From positions 186,001 to 235,340 of the forward strand of contig LVLI01000043.1 of NCBI GenBank assembly GCA_001687465.1: a stretch of 49,340 nt of DNA. The letters are read 5' to 3'. This DNA is from Halocafeteria seosinensis. Lineage: Eukaryota. Of this stretch, positions 28,209 through 38,134 are shown piece after piece (the stretch's first letter is position 1; each line of letters opens with the position of its first letter). Made by a program: the position numbers and the translations under genes. The notes beneath the pieces are model-generated. The model saw only the letters and a list, made by a program, of their open reading frames with translations, was not told where the DNA came from and made no database searches.

Positions 28209-30212
28209 ATGGAGCAAGATGATGGGAATTCCCCTCCCCAGGAGGAGGAGGCAGAAGAACAGCCTCTCCATGGAGGTCAGCAGGCTCACCAAGAAGACAA
28301 TGATGAAGGCCAAGGGGAAGGAAAGGAGGAATATGGTGGAGATTCCGGTGAACAACAGGAGGAAGAGGATACCGATGAACAACAGCAGCGTCAAATGCAG
28401 ACACAGATGCAGACATCATCTTCAGCAGGTGTGGACGAAGACGAGGAGGAGCTCCTGGGGGACGCTCTGGTCGGATTTCGCGTGTTTCCGGATGGATTGG
28501 TGCTCCAACCGCAGCCCTTTGATGCCGGAACGTCGATCAAAACGATGAAACAAACGATTGGAGAGCAGCTGCAAGTGCCCTGGCTGCATGTCGTCGTTCG
28601 ATTTGGAGGGGTGCTCGCCCCTACAAAGTCCAATCTCTACGATTGTGGCGTGTTTCCTGGAAGTACCATTTTGGGAGATATCGTGGTGGACCCGACCCAG
28701 GATTCTGAAGAGTACAAACTGCCAGCAGAAATTATGGTTCAAGTCAAGGATGACGGTATGTAATGTACCCTTGCACACCAAATTTTTCTTATCTAACGGC
28801 AATTTTTATGCATTCCTTTCTGGCTTCGGTTTGCAGACACTGGTGAGGTGGCTAAGCTCATGAAAGTAGCAGTTGAACGACCGGAAGATTACGATAAGAA
28901 ACCGTACTTGGGAGGATTTAGAAATAAGAAAACAGGAGCCATTTTGCACCATGCATAGTAAGTATATTGACTCAGTGGTTGTAGGTGGTGTTCGTGGATC
29001 TCCGTTATCTACTGGTTTAACGACTTGGTCACTTGCAGCACACAAACAGCATCCGCCATCAAAAGCCGATGGGCAAATAAGAAACAGATGTTGACCCGTG
29101 AAACTCAAACAGTAGATCTTGTCACGCGCAGCACGCAAACAAAACGTGAAGCGTCGACACAGATGACTAAACCTGGAGTATTCGTTGATTCCAGTGGAGA
29201 TACGTGTATCTATGCAAAGGAATATTTCTCGGCAAACGAGTTAGACAAGATCAGAGCCGAGGCTGCATTACGCTTACAATGCTTTTGGAGATGTTATGTG
29301 GCTCGGAGGAAAGCGCAGGAACGACATGATGAAAAAATGTCCTTCCATAGGAAGACCCGGGAGAAACAAATTAGGGAGCAGACTAGGGAACAAGAACGAC
29401 AAAGTGAGCATGAAATGAGGCGCACGAATCCTCGAACCAAAGAAGACTTTGCGATCTTGTACACGGAGGTACAAAATTGGACCAAGACCGAAATGGAAAA
29501 GATCCAAGAAGACCACTCACTTAGCGAGGAGGACAAGGCACAAGCACGAGCAGATGTTCTCGAGAAGGAGACAGAGATGATACAAAGAATTAACCGCTTG
29601 AAGAGTCAGGCAGCAAAGGAAGCAAAATCGAAACACGTCAAGAAGACATTGAAGGAAATGTCAGCTCCGAAAAAATGGGAAATGAGCGACGGAGAAATTG
29701 CTTCTGTTCACACTCCTTTCACATGCAGGGCTACAGAATTGCGCGATTTATACCTAAGTTTGGAAGCTGGTGGAGAAGCACTACCCATCAATGAACGTCT
29801 CGACGTGTTGCTAAATGTAAAGTACACCGTAAAAGAATTCGATTGTGGACTTACTCGAGAAATTGTGGAAATTATTGATAGAGAAGCCGACCTTCTAAAC
29901 CGTAATAGAAGACAATCGACTATGGGAAATATGCGGAAGCGATTGAGCAACCTATTCTTGCAGTGGATATCCACACCGGAATTCAATTCCGAGGCCTCCC
30001 GCTTCCAGAAGGTGGCGCAACCCCTCGCAATGAGGCCAGACGTAAAACCCATACTAGACCCGAAGGAGAGGCGCAGAGGAATGAACGAAACCTGGTCTGC
30101 CGTACATCGAAGCCGGAGTAAATTTAGCGAAACTATGAACGGCGGGTTCGACGGGTCGTTGGTGAACTCACATCCAAGCACGTATCATGAACTTGGACCC
30201 GAAAACCAATAA
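28209..30212 (+). CDS. IQUB: IQ motif and ubiquitin-like domain-containing protein (radial spoke; FAP253/IQUB), 3 exons, ~613 aa
   Basis: Exons 28209-28755, 28837-28957 and 29039-30212 (two 81-nt GT-AG introns) join in frame. Acidic N-terminus, ubiquitin-like domain, KPYLGGFRNKKTGAILHHAYTQT, TRETQT/TQM repeats, IQ motif LQCFWRCYVARR, and ERLDVLLNVKYTVKEFDC...LSNLFLQWISTPEFN. Confidence 0.9.
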
Positions 30213-30340
30213 GACAGGCGAGTGTCTTTTCCATGTTCTCGTTTGCAGTAGGACTGCTCACCTTAAACGGTAGCTTCGTTCCGTACCAACTGAGACTATG
30301 CGAGTCGCTACAATCATTCTAAAACGGAGTGGCTGCACCC

Positions 30341-32813
30341 TTATGCAAACTGGTTAGACCTAACCCCAGCGGCCACGGAAGCAGAGCTCGGCGCGGTATT
30401 TAACGTCGTTATCGCTCCTGGGCTGAGCGCTTGCACTCGCGGGTTCTGGGAAACCTTTTCGTAGGGAGCGTGTCCATATTTTTCCTTTATAGCTTGTAAC
30501 GTGTTAGTGGGTGCGTCGCGGTGCGCCTGGGCGATGTCCTCTGCACAGCACTTGATTTCACTCTGTTTATATCCCGTATAAAACTCGAGGTCCCATGTCT
30601 GCAAACAGGCCAACGTGTAGCTCTCGGAATAATACTATACTCCTAAGAGCATTCGAAAATAGACGACCTACCCATGGAGAATCGATATTGAGTATCTTTC
30701 TGGCGCACAATATAGCAGCAGCGGCTACTTCTGACGGGCGATACTTAAGAAATCTGTACTCAGGTAGTGTCAGCTCTGTCAGGTATTTCACGAGGTTGGT
30801 CAATAGATCCCCTTTGGTGGCTCCCGCTGCTCTCAGAAAACGTGACATATATGTTCGAGGAGTAACTGCTCGAAGCCTGAATTGAAGCCTCTGAAGTATA
30901 TGCGCTTCCATATTTAGGACCTGCAAAATGAGAACGTTCCATATATTTTCCGATTTCTCGCACAACGATCCCGATAACACGTACTTCACGTCGTTTATAA
31001 GTATTGTCGGATATATACACATATTCAGCCACCGTAGGGGCATTTCGGAAGAGTTCCTCAATTTTCCTGTACCGTGGGCCCTTCAAGAGTTCCATCCCCT
31101 CTCATAAAACATGACCACACTACAAACTTACGCCGCAACGAGGAGTGCCGAGCATCCAAGGAGCTGGAGACGCGTACGATGAATGGAAAATAAGGAGAGG
31201 CACCGATCGACCAGCTGAACGGCATGGTACAGCGTTTCTGGAACGAGTCTATATTCTTCCGTAACCTCAACAAGCCAATCCACCAAGACAGCTCGCATTC
31301 CTGGGTTTATATCTCGCTGGACGGTCTCCATATAGTCCGCTTTTAACTCGCGCGGCACCTGCAATGAAACATGGATCTCGATGTGGGAATACTTCTTCAG
31401 ATGAAGATGCGAAATAGCTTCGTACTTCACAGGACTTCAAATATGAGAAGTAGTCCATGGCGTACGCAGTTACGAAAGCTGCATTGTCCTGGTGTAGCGT
31501 ATCAATGTCGACTGTAGGTTGGGTTGGGCGCTCATGGTCCTCCAAATCCGTAGTCGCCGAGCAGCCTTCGTCATCGCTGCCTGGGGCTGCAAAACCTCCT
31601 TGGATGATATAGTACGTCGCGGCATCTGGTCCATCGAAAACAAGAGAATACTTACTCGGGTCTTCATAGTGGGTTTCATGTACATCTTCAGTGGTTGTGC
31701 CGTTTTGCGTATTACTTGCAACGGTCTGCACCAGTAGAGCACATGTTGAAAGACGGGGTTAGAACACCGAACAATAGTGTTCGCAGCTTACATCTATCGA
31801 AGTCACTGTAACATTGGTTCCAATTTGGCCCGAGCTATAATTTGGGGCTCCAGAGGTGACAGACTCAGAATTTTCTCGGACCTGCATTCGGGGCGCAAGG
31901 ACGGGAGTATTCTCGACGCGTAGTTCCAGCTTTTCGCATGTAGCACTTACCGTTGTTTCTCGTGCCGCGCGGCGACGCTTCCTTCTGGCTCTTGCAGAGG
32001 ATGAAGATTCCTGCTCTATTGTAACCACGTCTGTTCGATTAGTCTCTAAGGTGTCAGTACCATTCACTTCATGCTGTTGTGACGACGAAAATAATGCAGG
32101 GGTCCTGGTATCCATTCAGACGATGAACGTAACACGTACCTGATAGTCCTCCGATGAGCTGTAGCTGCCAGTATCATCGACAGTACGCCTTCTTTTTGTA
32201 CTCGTCGTTCGTCCAGCTCTGTTTTCCCCTGAAGTTCGGTTGATACTTGACGACGCTGGGACTGTAGAACTGGTTGCTTGGATCTGGTCGCCCTCCTCAT
32301 CGTGATCAAGTACTATGCACTCTTGATTCTCGATATCATGGGTCGTATTTCGGGTATCCCTCCTCGACGCAGAATGGCCATCGCCGGTTCGCTGCAGAAA
32401 GGCAAATAAAGCTAAATGTTCGATAAACTGCCACATGACACCCCAATTCAAAGACGCGCCCGCAGGTTGAAGTTGTCGTATACAGCCGCTATGCCCTTTT
32501 CCTACCCTCGTCCGACGCCTACACGGTCATGTTAAAACTCTATTATTTCGATATCCGTTTTCGCTGTCTTCAATGGATCTCTGAATCGAGAGCTACGGGG
32601 CGTTGACCAGCCGCAGTTGCCCGTGGGGGAACAGCCTTGGGGGAAGACCAAGGGCGAAAAAAAACTACAAAAAGGGGTACACTTTTCGGAGCTAACGACG
32701 AAGATATGACCTACTTCTGCTCGTCTTTTCGGTCTCCCTGCCGATGTGTTGGACTGGAGGTTAGATACGTCCGAAAGTGCACTTCTTCGAGGTCGGGTCG
32801 AGGAGGAGGACAT
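30341..32813 (-). CDS. CCNA: Cyclin A-type, ~8 exons, ~580 aa
   Basis: Cyclin box [24 protein letters not shown] (LVEVxEEY is the A-type signature) and an N-terminal destruction box RSALSDVSN. Inferred exons: 32813-32715, 32391-32140, 32073-31792, 31725-31426, 31358-31132, 31066-30985, 30920-30672, 30598-30341. Their total is a multiple of 3. The structure of the first intron is uncertain. Confidence 0.88.
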
Positions 32814-32973
32814 CTTGAAATATTCACTGTATACTATGTAATACACTGTTAAAGTCGTCTGTCGTTGTGGAGTCTGAAGCGAAAACTACAAAAAGCATGC
32901 AAAGGGGTTTTCAAGGGGAGAAGGGGTCCACCAGCCGTTTTGTGAGCCCACGACGACAGCCGAGTCTACAGCT

Positions 32974-33265
32974 TTCAAACGAGTTGACAACGTAGGGAAT
33001 CACAAGCAAGGTGCTGCAATACATTTACTGAGTGAAAGAGACGGTCAAATGTCCTCCCATATTGTCAACTCCAGAGCGCCATGCGATTGTCTTGGCTCGA
33101 TTTGAATCGGATTTGAATCACCTTCACAACAGTACTTCCGCTGGGCAGAGTCAGACTGAGTCTACTCAATCTGGCAGACGTGGGGCAGAGACCCGACGAA
33201 TGTTTCGGTGCCGGTTTCTGGGGTCCTGCTGGTCACGGGTCGGTCATCGGGTTTACAAATTCAAA
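32974..33265. promoter_or_regulatory. Cluster of four TTTGAA (CHR-like) hexamers upstream of cyclin A
   Basis: TTCAAA at 32974-32979, TTTGAA at 33101-33106 and 33112-33117 (tandem gatttgaatc x2), and TTCAAA at 33260-33265, all 160-450 nt upstream of the cyclin ATG. Confidence 0.4.
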
Positions 33266-34415
33266 TTCTCCTGTGAGGACTTGTGTACAATGGTGGGCGC
33301 ATACAGATGCCTAAGTATATTTCAATTGGGGGAAAGGCCCCTAACAAGCCTTGCAGATTTGCAGGAGTGATGTACCACGTGGTACTGCTCTTCTTCTATT
33401 CTATCCTCTCCGTCCAGCAACGTGCCAATGCGGTTATATCTGACGACCATTATACTTTCAAGCCGTTCACTTCTCAGACGAGTCCTAAGAAGCGTGATTC
33501 CGAAACGAGCAACTCGTGGAGAAGTCCTTGGGGTTTAAACAGTGCATATCCGCTTCCAACTTCTGCGACGTACCGCACCAACATTGACCAATAATAAACA
33601 CTACATGCATGGCACTCAAAGACCTACCAATTTGTGACTGGGGTCAATGAATTGCTGCTGCCAGAACCCTTGTCCATCATTACGCATGAACCCCCATCGT
33701 TGCAGACCGTCATCATCGCTGGCGTCATGGCGCAAGCCTGTCCTACCTTGGTTCAGCATCCATGCCACTCCAAACTGCGTTTATACAAAAGGGTTAATGT
33801 GTATGGCAGCGAGGTTGGCCCTGCCGCACGTACCAAGGAGCCTGTTTTGGATTGTTTTGTGCCGATATACAAGTTCGGCCGATGCCATATCTGCGTATAC
33901 GACTGCAGACCACCCTTTCGTGCTTGCGTAGCTTCCTCCTCACCAACATGGAGATGAGAATCAGCTCCTGTGGTGTATAAGCGCACTTCCCTTCTGTGAT
34001 GAAGTGTCTCTTGTTCGTTTATCAAGACTGCAGCTTCTGTTGACGTCATCGCATTAGGCATACGGTGGCTATGACTGCATCAGAATCGCAGTCATACACT
34101 CTCCAACCACTCCCGAGCTGGTTGCTTTAGTTCATCCCTTGGAAAGGAAGTGCGAACGAGGAACGATATCATGCTCCGGCCGGAACTCCATCTAAAATTG
34201 TCAAGGTTCGCGTATAGAGGACGTGCGTCTCCCAATTTGTGTCCGGAGCTGCTCGAAGCTTAACGGCATACTGGCTTTCTGAGAGTGACATTGAAATTCG
34301 AGGAGGATTCCCTCCTCTGCGTAAGGTGCATAAGAGTTGCTCTTGCTTTCACTAAAGGTTGTTGCACACTCATTAAAACTGCCTTTGCGACAAACTCTCT
34401 TGGATTTGGTTTGTA

Positions 34416-34660
34416 CGGACGACTCGTCCGCGACGAGTACCAGTCATCATCTACGGTAGATGATCTACCCCTAGGGGTAACTTCAAACTACCCCTACGGA
34501 AGTTCAATGTCACTGACATTATGTCAGCCTGACATTGAGTCTCTACTACCGATCAACTTGATCAAAGTTGTTCGAACTTCGCAGTCGCCCGGGCATTCCG
34601 CCGGGCCCGGACGGGGAGACCGTTAACGAGTTTAAAAACGAGGGAATTTTCAGCGGCTGA
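34416..34660. repeat. Dense array of abutting short palindromes/inverted repeats upstream of the BTB gene
   Basis: At least ten distinct inverted repeats in 245 nt, listed in the findings. Confidence 0.8.
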
Positions 34661-34707
34661 TTTGTTGACGTTCTAGTGCCTGTATGCGTGCGTTTTTTCC
34701 ATTGAGG

Positions 34708-36361
34708 ATGAGTTCATTGACCAAATTTGATCACGACGCTTCGAAAAAGGGGAAAAGAAGCGATGGTCTACGTGCTTGGATGCAAAGACTGGATGGTCCT
34801 CTACGGTACGTGGACTCAAAAATCACTTTTTTGATCCTTTAGAGCCCATTTTGACTGTGTTACGCTTGTTTTCCAACCATTCCACCTGGCAGATATGAAA
34901 GTAGAGTCTTAGAGGATTCCTATGAAGCCTGGCGTCGTGGACAAAATGAGCTGCATAAGACGTATACGCTCCTCAAAGAGGAGCGCCAGGAGCTGGATAA
35001 GGAGGAAGCTGAATTACAGGAGGCTCGAGACAGGTTTGAGCGCGATGTAGAGGCCAAGTGGGGCTCCAATCGGCACCAGCAGCGTCGGACTGATGACGAC
35101 CGCATTGCCCTTAATGTAGGCGGAGTACGGTACGAAACGACCCGGGGAGTGCTTCGAAAGGACCGATTTTCGTTATTGGCTGGAATTGCTGATGGGGTCT
35201 TGGATGAGGTTATTGAGGACAGCTCGACGGCTTTTATTGACAAGGATTGGTGGATTTTTCGCTACATTCTGGCGTTCTTGCGCCATGGAAGTTTGCCCGA
35301 AAACACGGGCTTATTGAGGCAATTGTAAGTTGTTCAGTAAATGGCCGTTGGTCTATCGGGTTTCCTAATTTCTTTCCTTTCCATACAGATATGTTGAATC
35401 TGCCTACTATCGTTTGTTTTCGTTGCGTGATGCCATTGAAGATAAATTGACCTCTCTGAACGGTCCTGAAAATGCTGAAGCTGTTTTGGCATTGGAAGAA
35501 CCACCGGCACCGCAGACGCAAGCAACGTCTACACCACAAGATATAAAATCGGCTGCCGAATCAACTCTGCGGTGGGCACAACACGGTTCAGACTTTGACG
35601 GTACAGACATGAGTCAGGACAGTCGATACAAAGGAGTGCATTGCACGGATGCATTGGCGATGGATGAGTTGGACGGTGGCTACTCGAAGGATGCATTAGC
35701 GGAGTTGCTGCTCGAGTCCATGCCTGGGGGACGTAACGCACTCCAGGTGCTCTCGAACTTGAATGCTGAAGGCATTCGAAGACATCGACGACAAAGGAAG
35801 TCGAAAGATGAGAGAGATGACGAAAGCTCGCATAGTACATCTACTAATAATAAGTCGACAGATGAAGGGCAGGACGAACAGACAGAAGATGACACATCAG
35901 AGGAGGACGCTCCGGATTTCTGGGCAACCGATCACGGTGGAGCACCCAAAGATCCCAAGACTACTCTGCGGGCCAGGTTAGGAGGATGGGGAATTAATGA
36001 GGACGACAAGGAAGCTTTGAGCCCAGTACGGGATGACAGTCGCGAACGGAAGAGAGTCACCTCGCGGTCCCCGAGCCCGACATCTGAATATGAAAGCAAA
36101 CGGGACGTTGCGAGCGGGTTTGAACCTAGTAGTGGGACCGAGCAAGCCAATCTTCCTCGTGAGGTTCCTCAGTATCCATCTGCCGCTATTTCGAATATTC
36201 AACAGCATAACGTGGTCAGTGACAGATACGCTGTTGCTAGTAGCAACAAAGGCAGCAGTAGGTTTGATAAACGGGTTGCTGCTTCACAACTTCCTGACCC
36301 TTTCGGTTTTACATCCCAACATTCTGGTTCTGGAAGAATTGGCGAGATGTCGTTCTTATGA
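34708..36361 (+). CDS. BTB/POZ (KCTD, potassium-channel tetramerisation-type) domain protein with N-terminal coiled coil and low-complexity C-terminus, 3 exons, ~500 aa
   Basis: Exons 34708-34805, 34893-35324 and 35389-36361 (introns of 87 and 64 nt) splice in frame to give IALNVGGVRYETTRGVLRKDRFSLL...FIDKDWWIFRYILAFLRHGSLP...LYVESAYYRLFSL, a KCTD-type BTB. The domain is missing from the ORF track because it is split by introns. Confidence 0.85.
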
Positions 36362-37325
36362 CCATTCAGATACAGAAGCATGGGTCGTAATGCGTTGGGT
36401 GTTTGGTTTGAAGACACATATGGACTTCTCTATGGTTGCTTCGTAACGATTGAATCTTGCCGGTGTACTTCTGTACATAGTGTATGGAAATAATTCGCGC
36501 CAGTCGGCTCGAGAGAAGCTAATAGTCTTGCGCCCAAGAGGCGTCGAGCTTAGAGATCTCCTAGGCAGCACAAGTACCGTATCGTGCAGGCCTACATCAT
36601 TGCTACATGAATGAAGCTGGAGTGAGCGAGTTTCACAAGCGATATACAGTGATGGATACAGACACATGTAGCACCTCACGTCTATCGCTTGCTTCAGGAA
36701 TCCGGATACATACAGAGGTATTCTTGGCTTCCTCATCTTGGGGGTCCGCATTCATGTATCCATTCAATCAGAGGCCGCCTTTCCAAAACTAGCCTCTATC
36801 TAAGTAACATCCGTTTATTTGTTTTATTCAGCTTATTATGCGGTGTATGGCACTCCGTCATCCATTCCCCTGATGCCCGTGTCGGCGCGGATGCCATGCG
36901 TAGCAGATACTGTACACGTTCGGTTGGCCTATTCTCCTCGTGTCCCTTTTGTTCATGCTCTTTGGACAGCAAGAACTAAGATAGTCGTCCGTGCCATCAT
37001 CGGAAGACAAAGGACTCAACATTTATTGTACAACTTAAACTAGGTCGATCAATGACCCACAAGTTTAAAACTTCCAAACGACAACGAAGTTCCGAGGGGA
37101 GTCCACCAGGAAAACCTTGGTTTCGTCTGGCTTCCTTTCCAGTTTATTACCTGTATAGGCGTTGCTTTTTGCAGTTCGATGGTGTGTTATATAAAAGTGC
37201 GTTACGTTGTTCTTTCTGCAAACTTTTTGCTGTTGCACGGTAACACCCTTACCTTGTAAGCGGGGGTAATTGAGAGTTCTTCTTGCGTTAAGTTCCCTTT
37301 TTGTTTAAGCTTTATAAATAAGAGA

Positions 37326-38132
37326 ATGGCGGACAATTCGGCATCAGGTGAACAACTTGGCCGGGGAAACACGAGGTCTACTGATAAAACTGCTCGTGGA
37401 CGACGAGGCGATGCTCCTGACGGAAAGAGACTGGCTGCAGCTTCAGCTTCAAATCAGCCTAATACCAAACGCAGGAAAACCCAACAGGAGAACGAGCAAC
37501 AGCAAGAGGGACAAAATTATGCCAACGAAGCGCGAAGCGATGAATCCACGGGTTCTCTCAATCCACGTAGTCTGCAAGATCGATTGCTCAAATGGTTGGA
37601 TAATTACATCGACGATGAGAAACTGACGGTGTCGGATGAATGGTGCACAAAGATCAAGAAAACAATTAAGAGAAGCGACGGTTTCAGCGAACACCCTTTT
37701 GATAGCAAAGACGATCTCAAGAACGCGTGTATTGCCCGAATGACTGGCGATGAGGACACCACTGCCGTCGTAAGCGATATTGGAGGGGCGATGTATGCGT
37801 GGTTGCGAAAGCAGAAAGTTGGTAAGTGTTCCCAAGAACATCGTACCGGTAGTTAGAACTTTCAACCAACTTGAATCATGTCTTCACTTGTCGTATCCCT
37901 GCAGGTAAGTACACTCAGAATCAAAAGCAGACATTCCTAGAGGAGAAAAATGCCTCTGTGGTTTTATTCTTCCTTCACCACATTGTTGTTTCCAATTACT
38001 TTGCTCCTCAGCACTCTGGTTCTGGAAGAAGTGACGAGATGGTTCAGGTAAAGAAGCGTGGGTCGTATGTGTTGGGTGTTTAGTTTCAAGACATTATATT
38101 TTATATTATTTTGTTCTTAGATTACAAAATAG
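37326..38132 (+). CDS. Small orphan protein (NLS-like TKRRK, helical domain); 3' exon structure uncertain
   Basis: 176-aa ORF with coding-like composition, preceded by a TATA-like tttataaata. Donor at 37822 and acceptor at 37904. It may stop at 38083, or at 38132 after a further intron 38048-38120. Confidence 0.5.
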
Positions 38133-38134
38133 CC

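Noticed and set aside
33308..33350. GGKAP peptide resembling the histone H3 tail
   Set aside because: Only a 5-residue match with no histone fold following.
33032..34626. Several ~100-aa ORFs in the cyclin-BTB gap
   Set aside because: No homology cues or consistent exon chain; better explained as intergenic.
36356..37243. Short ORFs between the BTB gene and the orphan gene
   Set aside because: No domain signal and no consistent splice model.
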